Assembly (NCBI GenBank): GCA_964620965.1
Contig: CAZUHV010000003.1
Coordinates: 226,093 to 290,092 of the forward strand
Origin: an uncultured Pseudomonadales bacterium
GTDB lineage: Bacteria > Patescibacteriota > Microgenomatia > UBA1400 > PJMF01
Direction of reading: 5' to 3'
Length of the DNA stretch: 64,000 bases
The notes below the pieces were generated by a model that was not told the DNA's origin, searched no databases, and saw only the letters and a program-made list of their open reading frames with translations. The position numbers were made by a program, and so were the translations under genes. Shown here one piece after another: positions 1 through 9,739 of this stretch (positions are counted from its first letter, which is position 1; each line of letters begins with the position of its first letter).

Positions 1-14
1 AATTCCAAGTAAAT

Positions 15-65
15 ATGAAATCACTTACAATTAACTGTTGTTGCTTACTTTGTACAAACCCTTGA
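15..65 (+). CDS. Cys-rich leader peptide (MKSLTINCCCLLCTNP, 16 aa) upstream of cysS
   Basis: ATG at 15, TGT TGT TGC ... TGT codons, TGA at 63-65; followed by alternative hairpins and a T-tract, then cysS. Confidence 0.85.
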   Translation: MKSLTINCCCLLCTNP

Positions 66-114
66 GTGCGGCTGTTTGTGATTTTTATTTCCGCCTCAGG
101 GGCGGATTTTTTTT
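59..114 (+). promoter_or_regulatory. Attenuator (antiterminator/terminator) of cysS
   Basis: Terminator TCCGCC(90-95)/GGCGGA(101-106) plus T8 (107-114); competing stem CCCTTGAG-T-GCGG(59-71)/CCGCCTCAGGGG(91-102) overlaps the leader stop. Confidence 0.8.
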
Positions 115-232
115 GCAAGTTTGCAAAAACATACAATAAACGCGCTTTTTAATACTAGAATTTATCAAAAGCAATTAAAAAATCACAAAATAAATACGGT
201 ACAATGAAATAACTTGAAAGAATAAACAAACT

Positions 233-1714
233 ATGGAACTAAAACTATATAACACACTCACAAAATCAGTGGATACATTTGAACCAATGCATCCAAATAG
301 GGTTGGATTGTATGCATGTGGATTAACAGTGTATGATTTTACGCATTTGGGACATTTGCGAAAATATACAATGGACGATGTCTTAATTCGTGCGTTGCGT
401 TATGGTAGTGCTGAATTATCTGAAGAATTGGATCTACAGCTAAAACCATATGAAGTAAAGTTTGTGCAAAACGTTACCGATGTTGGACATCTTGCCTCCG
501 ATGCTGACACTGGCGAAGATAAGCTTGAAAAAGGGGCTAAAAAATATGGCAAAACAGTTTGGGATGTCGCGTTAGAATTTGAGGATTACTTTTTTAGAAG
601 CATGGATTTAATGGGAAACATACGACCAGATATTAGTTGCCGAGCTACAGATCATATTCAGCAACAACTAGATATGGTTATTGAACTAGAAAAAAAAGGA
701 TTTACCTACGAAATTGAGGGCGATGGAATTTATTTTGATACAAGTAAGTTTCCAGAGTATGGAAAAATGGCAGGATTGCATCTGGAAGAACAAGAAGAAG
801 GCGCTCGAATTGGGGTTGTAGAAGGAAAGAGAAACCCTTCTGATTTTGCTTTGTGGAAGTTTGAACGAGAAGGCGAAAATAGAGCAATGGTTTGGCCAAG
901 TCCTTGGCATGAAAGAAGTTTTCCAGGTTGGCATATCGAATGTTCTGCAATGTCCATACAGTATTTAGGAGATCAACTTGATATTCATACTGGTGGAATT
1001 GATCATATTCCAGTTCACCACACAAACGAGATTGCTCAAGCAGAGGCTGTAACAGGCAAAGAGCCTTTCGTGAGATATTGGGTGCATCATAACCACTTAC
1101 ACATAGCGGGTGAAAAAATGAGTAAATCATTAGGAAACTTTTTTACAATTGATGATGTGTTGGAACGTGGATATCACCCTTTGGCCTTACGCTTACTATT
1201 TTTGACTGCTCACTATCGTTCAGAAATGAACTTTACATGGGAGAATTTAGCAGGGGCTCAAAAAAGTTATGAAAAGTTACTGCGTCAATTTGTCGAATTG
1301 TCGGGTGATGGTACAACTGCAACAAACCAAGATTCAAAGAATACTGTCGCAAGTTATAAAACACAATTTTTTACTGCAATTGCAAATGATTTGAATACAG
1401 CACAAGCTGTAGGTGTAGTATGGAGTATGTTGAAGGATACTGCAATTTCGAATTTAGATAAAAGATTTGCTTTATTGGAATTTGATAAAATTTTGGGTTT
1501 GGGTTTAGAAAAGGCAGAGACTATTTTAGAAAAAATAAGTTCGGTTTCCACAAATATTCCACAAGAAGTCCTTGATTTACAAACTCAAAGAGATACTGCA
1601 CGACTTATAGAAAAAGATTACGGAAAATCAGATGCTTTAAGAGGTGCGTTACAACAAAAAGGTTGGAAAGTCGAAGATACTGCAACTGGGTCAATCTTAA
1701 AAAAGATTAGCTAG
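233..1714 (+). CDS. cysS: Cysteine--tRNA ligase
   Basis: CGLTVYD..HLGH, DFALWK, PGWHIECSAM, DIHTGGIDH, KMSKSLGN motifs. Confidence 0.98.
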   Translation: MELKLYNTLTKSVDTFEPMHPNRVGLYACGLTVYDFTHLGHLRKYTMDDVLIRALRYGSAELSEELDLQLKPYEVKFVQNVTDVGHLASDADTGEDKLEKGAKKYGKTVWDVALEFEDYFFRSMDLMGNIRPDISCRATDHIQQQLDMVIELEKKGFTYEIEGDGIYFDTSKFPEYGKMAGLHLEEQEEGARIGVVEGKRNPSDFALWKFEREGENRAMVWPSPWHERSFPGWHIECSAMSIQYLGDQLDIHTGGIDHIPVHHTNEIAQAEAVTGKEPFVRYWVHHNHLHIAGEKMSKSLGNFFTIDDVLERGYHPLALRLLFLTAHYRSEMNFTWENLAGAQKSYEKLLRQFVELSGDGTTATNQDSKNTVASYKTQFFTAIANDLNTAQAVGVVWSMLKDTAISNLDKRFALLEFDKILGLGLEKAETILEKISSVSTNIPQEVLDLQTQRDTARLIEKDYGKSDALRGALQQKGWKVEDTATGSILKKIS

Positions 1715-1879
1715 TTTTTCCTTCTCGACCAAGTAAAAAATATATGTTACTATATAGGTCTTATTTTTAAGAAGCCAATACGTTGGCGATTATATAGGTA
1801 ACTATATATCTTTCGGGGAAGGGAATAAGTAAAAAAAGTACTAAGGCTCAAGCAAGAGTCTGGTTTTTGTGTATTTTGT

Positions 1880-3604
1880 ATGTTTAACGTTTATAAAAAA
1901 TACTACCAGTTTTTATGGCACTATAAGTGGCAAATGATTTTGTTCACATTCTTTTTAGTGGCATTATCTATTTCTGAATCTGTGTTACCTTATTTTTACA
2001 AACTCTTTATAGATGCAATCCCACAAATGGATCCAGTTTTGTTGCTCAAAATTTTAGTTGGGTATATTGGAATTAGATTACTTAAGCTTGCATTTGATTT
2101 AGCAACTTTCTTTTTGGGAGATAGTGCTTTACTTGCTACTGCAAGAGATATTCGTCAGGCAGTGTTCAAAAAGATTCAAGATTTAGATTTTGCTTACCAC
2201 CTTACAAAAAGCACTGGTTCTATGATCTCATCAATCAAGCGTGGTGATTTGGCGGTGTTTAACTTTTTTCATATGGTAAACATCAACCTTGTTCGTGGTT
2301 TGATCAGTTTCATAGTTTTACTCGTTTTATTTGCACAACTTAAAATTGAGATTGCCGGTTTGATGTTGTTATCAATGGTCTTAAACTCAGTTTTTGCCTA
2401 CTTCTTGATTAAAAGAAATGTTGCTGCGCGTGTTGCATTTAATAAGAGTGAAGATGATGTTTCTGAGGTTATTGTTGATAACTTAATTAACTTTGAGACA
2501 GTGAAATTTTTTGCAAAAGAGAAAGAAGAGTATCTCAGACTTGGTGGTTCTTTTGTTCCTTGGATGAAAGCTCTTTGGGGATATGCAAACTCATTTAGAG
2601 CAATTGATGTTGTAATTGGGGTCACTGGAAATATGAGCATGCTTGCCGTTTTGTATCTTGGTTTAAGATACCTTCTAAGTGGTGAGTTTTCTGCTGGTGA
2701 ATATGTGATGATACTTGGATTTGTGAATACCTTTTATGGCAGATTCTTTGATTTGGTTTTTGAAATGCGTGATGTTGCAAAAAACAATGCTGATTTGAAA
2801 TCTTATTTTAGTGTGTTTAATAAAGATACTTTAGTTCAGGATCCAAAAAATCCTATTTCAGTTGCATCCGTTGAAGGTGAAATTGTGTTTGATAGTGTTA
2901 ATTTTTCTTATCCAGAAGGTAGGTCTGATGCATTAAAAGACTTTACCTTTAAGATCAATCCTGGAGAATCTATTGCATTAGTTGGCCATTCTGGAGCTGG
3001 AAAGACAACAATAACAAAGCTGTTGATGCGTTTTTATGATGTCGAGAGTGGCGCAATTTTGATTGATGGGGTGAATATTAAGGATATGACAAAATCAAAT
3101 CTTCGTTCATTTATGGGAATAGTTCCTCAAGAACCAGTTTTATTTAATGAATCAATTGCATACAACATTGGGTATGGTGCTGGCACTACAGATTTAGAAG
3201 TCATCAAAAAAGCTGCGCAAATGGCAAACTTAGATGAATTTATTTCTGATTTACCAAAAGGCTATGATACTAAAGTTGGTGAGCGTGGTGTGAGATTGTC
3301 TGGAGGACAAAAGCAGAGATTAGCGATTGCTCGTATGATTTTATCAAACCCAGATATCATTATTTTTGATGAAGCAACAAGCCAGTTAGATAGTCAATCT
3401 GAAAAATTGATACAAGATGCATTTTGGAAAGTTTCTAAGAATAAAACAACTTTGATTATTGCTCACAGATTATCTTCAATCACTAAAGCAGATAAGATTG
3501 TTGTGATGGAAAATGGACAGATTGCAGAAGTTGGTACTCATAAATCGTTGTTAGCTAAAAAAGGTTTGTACTCAAAATTCTGGAAGTTGCAGACTGTTGG
3601 TTAA
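1880..3604 (+). CDS. ABC exporter, fused permease/ATP-binding (MsbA/Atm1-like)
   Basis: N-terminal TM helices; Walker A GHSGAGKT, LSGGQKQR signature, DEATS, IAHRL. Confidence 0.95.
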   Translation: MFNVYKKYYQFLWHYKWQMILFTFFLVALSISESVLPYFYKLFIDAIPQMDPVLLLKILVGYIGIRLLKLAFDLATFFLGDSALLATARDIRQAVFKKIQDLDFAYHLTKSTGSMISSIKRGDLAVFNFFHMVNINLVRGLISFIVLLVLFAQLKIEIAGLMLLSMVLNSVFAYFLIKRNVAARVAFNKSEDDVSEVIVDNLINFETVKFFAKEKEEYLRLGGSFVPWMKALWGYANSFRAIDVVIGVTGNMSMLAVLYLGLRYLLSGEFSAGEYVMILGFVNTFYGRFFDLVFEMRDVAKNNADLKSYFSVFNKDTLVQDPKNPISVASVEGEIVFDSVNFSYPEGRSDALKDFTFKINPGESIALVGHSGAGKTTITKLLMRFYDVESGAILIDGVNIKDMTKSNLRSFMGIVPQEPVLFNESIAYNIGYGAGTTDLEVIKKAAQMANLDEFISDLPKGYDTKVGERGVRLSGGQKQRLAIARMILSNPDIIIFDEATSQLDSQSEKLIQDAFWKVSKNKTTLIIAHRLSSITKADKIVVMENGQIAEVGTHKSLLAKKGLYSKFWKLQTVG

Positions 3605-3631
3605 ACATACGTGAATTGTTAGTTAGGACGC

Positions 3632-4537
3632 TTATTTAAAAACGTTTGCCAAATCCATGTTGGCAATTGTAGCATCCCAAAATTGTTGACACTCTTGCCA
3701 AGAAGCTATAATGATAGTATCTAATGGTTTTGTCTTTTCTTGATTTAATGGCACAGGTGGGGTAGTCCATATTTCTTTTGGATATTGGTTTTGCAGTTTT
3801 TGCACACTGTCTAAGACAGATGCCAAAATATAATTTCTTAGTTCAGCTGTATTTTGAGTAGGAAAGAGGGTTTTGAGAATATGATCTGTAAGGTATTTTC
3901 TCAAAAGTGCGGAGCGTATTTCATCAGCAGAATGTATGTTTTCTTTATTTCGACGAGGTAAACCCATTGCCATAGCGGTGTCGCTTAACGAAAAAAGGAA
4001 AAGTGCTACTTTATCAGAAGCACCTAGCTGGATTTTGTGTTTATCAGCAAAAAATGGGTTGAGCTTATTATCGTGAAGATATGAGAGCTGGGCCCATTTT
4101 TTTGCAGAATGTTTGGTTTTTTCAGAAGCAGTATTCGACCAGAGCTTTATAACACTTGCGCTCATGTGTGGATGAATCCAGTGGCGTGCTTTTTGATATT
4201 GAGTTCTAGTATCAGGGTGAGTCGGAAATACAATTTGTTGTGCCGTTGCTTGGTCAATGTCTGCAGCAGTTTTACCGATATCATGAAGCATCCAGAATGG
4301 AGAGCGGTTTTGTATTTCTTGAAAATGAAGAGTTGACAGAGCTGCCCTTAACTGCAGATCTCTTAATAGGTTTTGTGCCGCAAAGTGTACTGCAACAGAA
4401 TGCATGAAAGTACAATAATCCCGATTTTTAAAAGCCTCGAATAAAGGGTTTAGTTCTGGCCAGTTTAAGGTTAGCCTCTGGTAACTTGTGGGAAGAACTA
4501 TTTGTTGTTCGTGGAGTTTAGTTTCGGTATTTAGCAC
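3632..4537 (-). CDS. HD-domain protein, degenerate HD-GYP-like
   Basis: HSVAV...LHDIGK...HP...LHD...SDTAMAM pattern; start codon uncertain. Confidence 0.6.
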   Translation of the reverse strand: MLNTETKLHEQQIVLPTSYQRLTLNWPELNPLFEAFKNRDYCTFMHSVAVHFAAQNLLRDLQLRAALSTLHFQEIQNRSPFWMLHDIGKTAADIDQATAQQIVFPTHPDTRTQYQKARHWIHPHMSASVIKLWSNTASEKTKHSAKKWAQLSYLHDNKLNPFFADKHKIQLGASDKVALFLFSLSDTAMAMGLPRRNKENIHSADEIRSALLRKYLTDHILKTLFPTQNTAELRNYILASVLDSVQKLQNQYPKEIWTTPPVPLNQEKTKPLDTIIIASWQECQQFWDATIANMDLANVFK

Positions 4538-4599
4538 AGGCCAACATTATAAAGCTTTTTTTGAAAAGTGTGGTCCAAAAATGGTATAGTAATATAACT

Positions 4600-5082
4600 A
4601 TGTTAATTTCCGAACTCTATAATGAGAATGTGATCACGATTAAGAAATCTGCCACTGTTGCAGAATCTTTGAAGTTATTTTTGTCAAAAAAAATCAATGG
4701 GCTTGTAGTTGTTGATGAGAAGGATGTAGTAGTGGGGGTTTTGGCTTTGCAGGATATTGCGGCAGCCACTATTCCACGACAATTTCGGCACAACATTCAA
4801 ATGGCTGCCGCAATGTACAGAAAAGGTTTTTTCTCGGAAAGTTCTGCTGCAATAAAAGATGAACCAATTGAAAAATTCATGAGAAAAAACTTCACGATTG
4901 TTTCTTTGAGTGACAACATTATGGCAGTCACTGCAGATTTTCTTAAAAACGATCTCTATATTGTGCCTGTGATAGAAAAAGGAAAGTTAATTGGGATTGT
5001 TACTAGATCGGAAATTAAAAAAGCACTAGCTTATGGTATGCGATTACCGGGCTATTTTGACAAAGAGGACGTACAAAAATGA
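4600..5082 (+). CDS. CBS-pair protein
   Basis: Two CBS repeats (LVVVDEKDVVVGVL; VPVIEKGKLIGIVTRSEI); ATG 4600 preferred over TTG 4561. Confidence 0.9.
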   Translation: MLISELYNENVITIKKSATVAESLKLFLSKKINGLVVVDEKDVVVGVLALQDIAAATIPRQFRHNIQMAAAMYRKGFFSESSAAIKDEPIEKFMRKNFTIVSLSDNIMAVTADFLKNDLYIVPVIEKGKLIGIVTRSEIKKALAYGMRLPGYFDKEDVQK

Positions 5083-6419
5083 CAGAAGGCATAGGATTAT
5101 CATTTTTTTCTTTGGTTTCGTTGTTTGTTTTGGCAGTTGTGTATTTTTTTCTTATCTCTGAAAAACTAAATAAGGTTATTGTCTCAATTTTAGGAGCAGT
5201 ATTTTTGATTATGATGCAGGTGTTTAAGACTGCTGGAGCATCATCACAAGAAAATGCGTTTCAATTTATTGGACATAATCTTGATATTTTGGGATTCGTG
5301 ATAGGAATGATGGTTCTAATTGGGATTGTGAGAGAATCAGGGTTTTTTGAAGCGCTCGCAATTTGGTTGGTTCGTGCGGTTAAGGGGAACCCAAAATTTT
5401 TATTGATTGTTGTTGGGTATTTAACGCTATTCATGACAGCATTTTTCTCTAATATCCCTACAGTTTTAATTTTAACTCCAGTTTTAGTGGTGCTTATTAG
5501 ATCATTGAAGCTCCCATTTTTACCTTACTTTTTTACTCTGGTCGTTATGGCAAATCTTGGTGGGGCAATGACGCCAATTTCTGATCCAACAACTTATTAC
5601 CAAGCAAAAACAGTTGGGTTAAGTTTTTTTGAGGTTATTAGTAATTCTGGACTCATAGTTTTACTGCTCTCGGTTGTTTCGTTGTCATACATTTTACTTG
5701 TTTTTAAGAAACAACTAGAGAAAGTTACTGTAAAAGCAAGTGATGTTGCTGCATTTAAACCACAGGCTGCAATTAAAGACAAACGCATACTCTTTAGAGG
5801 AATGCCAATATTGCTCGTTATTATTTTGCTCATGATTTTTAAAGAGTTTATTTCTAAAACATTTGGAATTGGCTTGGACAACGCAACGCTTACTCTAGGC
5901 GGTTCATTCTTGGCTATGATGATTTTTCATAGAAATCCAAAAGTTGTTTTTAGGGATTTAATTGATTGGGAAATTATCTTTTTCTTCATGGGATTATTTG
6001 TGGTTGTGGGAGCGCTAGAATTTACCAGTTTGATTGATATTTTGGCAGTAGAATTGGTGAAAATTGCCAATGGAAGTGTGCCAATTTTACTTTTCTTTAC
6101 TTCTGTAGGTTCAAGTTTGATTTCAACATTTATAGATAACGTTCCCTACAACATTACTATGGTTGGAGCCATTCAGGCTATGGAAAAAGCTGGTATTGCT
6201 GTATATCCACTTTGGTGGGCTCTTAATTTAGGAACATCTATCGGTGGTTTTGGATCTCCAATTGCAGCAGCATGTAATGTGATAGTGTTTGGGCAAGCAG
6301 AAAAAGAAGAATGGAAGACAACATTCTTTTCGTACCTAAAGTTAGCAATTCCACTGATACTTATAAACAGTATTATCACTTTTGCTTTCTTGTGGGTACG
6401 GTATTTTTATTTAGTATAA
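5079..6419 (+). CDS. ArsB/NhaD/CitMHS-family ion transporter
   Basis: About 12 TM helices; ANLGGAMTPISDP and STFIDNVP motifs; 4-nt overlap with the CBS gene. Confidence 0.9.
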   Translation: MTEGIGLSFFSLVSLFVLAVVYFFLISEKLNKVIVSILGAVFLIMMQVFKTAGASSQENAFQFIGHNLDILGFVIGMMVLIGIVRESGFFEALAIWLVRAVKGNPKFLLIVVGYLTLFMTAFFSNIPTVLILTPVLVVLIRSLKLPFLPYFFTLVVMANLGGAMTPISDPTTYYQAKTVGLSFFEVISNSGLIVLLLSVVSLSYILLVFKKQLEKVTVKASDVAAFKPQAAIKDKRILFRGMPILLVIILLMIFKEFISKTFGIGLDNATLTLGGSFLAMMIFHRNPKVVFRDLIDWEIIFFFMGLFVVVGALEFTSLIDILAVELVKIANGSVPILLFFTSVGSSLISTFIDNVPYNITMVGAIQAMEKAGIAVYPLWWALNLGTSIGGFGSPIAAACNVIVFGQAEKEEWKTTFFSYLKLAIPLILINSIITFAFLWVRYFYLV

Positions 6420-6510
6420 ACAGTTTTTTTTAATCTGTGATAAAATACACAACAGTTACGCGTATTTTTTTTTGCGTCAAAGTCGTAAGAACGAAGTAAA
6501 AAAGGAAAAA

Positions 6511-7230
6511 ATGCCACAATATCCAATTCATCAAACCCAAAATAAGATTGCTGTTATCTCTCTTGGAGGATCAATGATTGTTCCAAAAGAAGTTGATACA
6601 CAATATCTTAAGGATTTCAGAAAATTTATTTTAACCCAGCTAGAAAACGGCTGGCGTTTTTTTATTATAACCGGTGGGGGAATTCAAGCTCGTAACTATA
6701 TTGATGCAGCTACAGAAGTAATGGGAGATGAAATCACCAAAGACGACCAAGATTGGTTAGGAATTCATGCAACCAGATTTAATGCGCATTTAGTAAGAAC
6801 AATTTTTAGAGATCAGGCACAACCTGCGATTATCACAGATCCAGAGATAGATCCAATTTCTGATGCACAAATTGTTGTCGTTTCTGGTTGGAAACCAGGC
6901 TGGTCTACAGACTTTGTTGCCGCAAAGGTTGCACAAAGAATTCATGCTCCATATTTAATTAATCTTTCAAATATTAAACAAGTCTATACTGATGATCCTG
7001 CTAAAAATCCAGATGCAAGGCCTATCGAAAAAATGACATGGAAAGACTTTAGAGCTATGGTTGGTGATGAATGGACTCCAGGAATGAACACCCCATTTGA
7101 CCCAATCGCAGCAAAACTTGCACAAGAAGAAGGTCAGACTGTTCTAGTTATGGCAGGAAAAGACTTAGACAACCTTGAAAGAGCGCTTAACGAAGGCAAA
7201 TTTTTTGGCACAGTTATTTGTGAAGAGTAG
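6511..7230 (+). CDS. pyrH: UMP kinase (archaeal type)
   Basis: ISLGGS, TGGG..AR.Y, GWKPGWSTD, VYTDDP, PFDPIA; SD AAGGA before ATG 6511. Confidence 0.93.
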   Translation: MPQYPIHQTQNKIAVISLGGSMIVPKEVDTQYLKDFRKFILTQLENGWRFFIITGGGIQARNYIDAATEVMGDEITKDDQDWLGIHATRFNAHLVRTIFRDQAQPAIITDPEIDPISDAQIVVVSGWKPGWSTDFVAAKVAQRIHAPYLINLSNIKQVYTDDPAKNPDARPIEKMTWKDFRAMVGDEWTPGMNTPFDPIAAKLAQEEGQTVLVMAGKDLDNLERALNEGKFFGTVICEE

Positions 7231-7312
7231 GTATACTTTCGAAGTACACTGGTCATAGTTTTGTTCTCTAGTTGGAACAGGTTTTTATTAAATTTACGGT
7301 ATAATACATCTC

Positions 7313-8392
7313 ATGAGTTTATCTGTTGGAATCGTTGGTTTGCCTAATGTTGGTAAATCTACACTATTTAATGCACTACTAAAAAGACAAGCTGCACTTG
7401 CAGCTAATTATCCGTTTGCCACGATTGATCCGAACACAGGAATTGTTCCAGTTCCTGACAAAAGATTGGTTGAACTAGCAAAAGTTGTTGGTACAGAAAC
7501 GATAAAACCTGCTACCGTAGAGTTTGTAGATATTGCAGGATTGGTCAAAGGCGCAAGTGAAGGTGAGGGTTTAGGAAATAAATTTTTGGCAAATATTCGG
7601 GAGACAGATTTGATCGTTCATGTGGTTCGTGGGTTCACAGATTCTTCAATTTTACGTGAGGGAAGTGTTGATCCAAAGTCTGACAGAGAAATCATAGAGA
7701 TGGAACTGTTATTAGCAGACATAAATACTTTAGAAAAACAAAAAGCCCCTAAAGTTCCAGACAAAGAACTGCAGTTTAAATGGACTGTAGTACAAAAAAT
7801 GCAAGAAGTAGCAGCTAGAGGCCAACTTGTGCAAACTGCTTTGCATTCAGATGAGGAACAAAAAGTTGCAAGAGAACTTGGATTGCTCACTTCTAAAAAA
7901 ATACTTTATGTCATTAATGTCGATGAAGCAGTAGTTGGTAACCAAACAGAAGAAACAAAGAAATATGCAGAATTACTTTCTGTTCCAGAAGATCAAATTG
8001 TGATTATTAGTGCAAAAATTGAGTCGGAAGTTTCTGTTTTAGCAGAAGAAGATGCTCAACTTTTTTTAGAAGAACTAGGCTTACAGACTTCTGGTTTAGA
8101 GAGACTAATTCAAAAAGCTTTTCACTATCTAGATTTACAAACATATTTAACAGCAGGTGAATTAGAAGTTCGTGCGTGGACAATCACAAAAGGCACGAAA
8201 GCCCCACAAGCAGCTGGCGTGATCCATACTGATTTTGAGAAAAAATTTATTAAAGCAAAAGTAGTTTCTTATCAAGACTTTATTGAACTTGGTGGCTGGA
8301 AGGGCACCAAAGAAAAAGGCAAACAAAGGCTTGAAGGTAAAGACTACGTGATGCAATCCGACGATATTGTTGAGTTCATGATTGGGGCATAG
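7313..8392 (+). CDS. ychF: Ribosome-binding ATPase YchF
   Basis: GIVGLPNVGKST, NYPFATIDPN, DIAGLVKGASEGEGLGNKFL, TGS domain. Confidence 0.97.
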   Translation: MSLSVGIVGLPNVGKSTLFNALLKRQAALAANYPFATIDPNTGIVPVPDKRLVELAKVVGTETIKPATVEFVDIAGLVKGASEGEGLGNKFLANIRETDLIVHVVRGFTDSSILREGSVDPKSDREIIEMELLLADINTLEKQKAPKVPDKELQFKWTVVQKMQEVAARGQLVQTALHSDEEQKVARELGLLTSKKILYVINVDEAVVGNQTEETKKYAELLSVPEDQIVIISAKIESEVSVLAEEDAQLFLEELGLQTSGLERLIQKAFHYLDLQTYLTAGELEVRAWTITKGTKAPQAAGVIHTDFEKKFIKAKVVSYQDFIELGGWKGTKEKGKQRLEGKDYVMQSDDIVEFMIGA

Positions 8393-8462
8393 TTGTCAGC
8401 AGAATGTAGATGAGTTTGGTTGTGTCTTAATGTGAGTAGGGCGTAGCGATATATAATATTTG

Positions 8463-8570
8463 TGATATAATACCTCAAGTTAAATAATAAGTATGTTTTG
8501 TCCATTTGCTATTCAAGTTTTTACTTGAATTTGCAAATACCACAGCTCTAGGGCAGAACAAGAAAGGAGC
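8463..8570 (+). promoter_or_regulatory. Extended -10 promoter and structured rpsF leader (S6:S18 autoregulatory-like)
   Basis: TGATATAAT 8463-8471; stems ATTTGC/GCAAAT and ATTCAAG/CTTGAAT, CCA at 8540, GCTCT(8545) able to pair with SD GGAGC(8566). Confidence 0.65.
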
Positions 8571-8574
8571 AGTT

Positions 8575-8916
8575 ATGATGAAACTCGTCAAAGACAAGAG
8601 AGTTCGTACTTACGAACTTACCTATCTTTTGCCAGAGGCATTCACTTCTTCAGAAGTTGCACAAACAAAAGAAGCAATTGAGCAATTGCTTAAAAAACAT
8701 AAAGTAAAAATTCTTTCCCAAGAAGACTGGGGCAAGAAGGCTTTAGCGTACCCAATTAAGTACAAAAGCAAGAAACAATATGAGGCATACTATACCTTCA
8801 TGGTATTAGAGGCTGATTCTTCAGAGATGCCAAAATTTGAAAATGATTTGTACTTAAAACAGGACATTATTCGCCACCTTTTAGTAGTAGCAGAGAACGT
8901 TAATATAGAGGAATAG
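8575..8916 (+). CDS. rpsF: 30S ribosomal protein S6
   Basis: YELTYLL, WGKKALAYPI, IIRHLLV; SD AAGGAG; rpsF-ssb-rpsR order. Confidence 0.96.
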   Translation: MMKLVKDKRVRTYELTYLLPEAFTSSEVAQTKEAIEQLLKKHKVKILSQEDWGKKALAYPIKYKSKKQYEAYYTFMVLEADSSEMPKFENDLYLKQDIIRHLLVVAENVNIEE

Positions 8917-9022
8917 GGTTAGGAATAGGACTTGAGTAATCTACAGTTTATGTAAGAATTGTAGGTAGAATCAAGTAAGTAATAGACTTAAAAATTGTTT
9001 TGAAGGTCAAGAAAGGGAAAAT

Positions 9023-9466
9023 ATGTCTACTAGATCGCTCAATAAAGTTATGTTAATTGGTAATTTAACCAGAGACCCAGCGCTCAGGTTTACACCAAAT
9101 AATACTGCAGTTTGTTCTTTTAGTATCGCAACAAACCGTTCATGGATTAATAACGATACAAACGAAAAGCAAGAGCAGGTTGAGTTTCATAACATTGTTG
9201 CATGGTCAAAGTTGGCTGAAATTTGTGGATCAATGCTTCACAAAGGCGACAAAGTATATGTCGAAGGTCGTCTCCAAACCAGAAAATGGGAAGGTGAAGA
9301 CAAAGTCGAGCGTAGAACCACAGAAATAGTAATTGAGAACATGATTCTGATTAAATCCGTCTCAGACGCTGTTACAGATGATGATGACGACAATCTTAAA
9401 GATGTCAAAGCTCCAGAAGAGGATACCTTTGATGCTGAAGATGTTTCAGATGATGTTCCATTTTAG
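9023..9466 (+). CDS. ssb: Single-stranded DNA-binding protein
   Basis: NKVMLIGNLTRDP, VYVEGRLQTRKW, acidic DDVPF tail. Confidence 0.98.
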   Translation: MSTRSLNKVMLIGNLTRDPALRFTPNNTAVCSFSIATNRSWINNDTNEKQEQVEFHNIVAWSKLAEICGSMLHKGDKVYVEGRLQTRKWEGEDKVERRTTEIVIENMILIKSVSDAVTDDDDDNLKDVKAPEEDTFDAEDVSDDVPF

Positions 9467-9486
9467 TCTAAAAAAGGAATAAAACT

Positions 9487-9714
9487 ATGATTAAAAAGAA
9501 GAAAAAAATTAGAGTTAAAAGAGCTCCAAGAGTTTCAGCAGATGTAACTTTTTCATACAAAGATACAGATATGCTTAACAAATTCATTACAGAGCAAGGT
9601 TCAATTCTTTCAAGAGAAGAAACCGGTTTATCTCAAAAACAACAAAGACAACTCGCAAGAGAAGTCAAACGTGCTAGACACTTAGCACTCTTACCTTTCA
9701 CACAAGTTATGTAA
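9487..9714 (+). CDS. rpsR: 30S ribosomal protein S18
   Basis: YKD..L.KFITEQG.IL.R..TGL..KQQR.LA..VKRAR.LALLPF. Confidence 0.97.
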   Translation: MIKKKKKIRVKRAPRVSADVTFSYKDTDMLNKFITEQGSILSREETGLSQKQQRQLAREVKRARHLALLPFTQVM

Positions 9715-9739
9715 TGTGCTGAATTGGAATTAAAAATAG

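Noticed and set aside
1-232. T-box upstream of cysS (and hisS)
   Set aside because: No GGTGGNACCGCG T-box or stem I motifs in the visible sequence; leader peptides explain the structure.
1806-1826. FMN riboswitch-like start TATCTTTCGGGGAAGGG
   Set aside because: The following TGAAATTCCC and the rest of RF00050 are absent.
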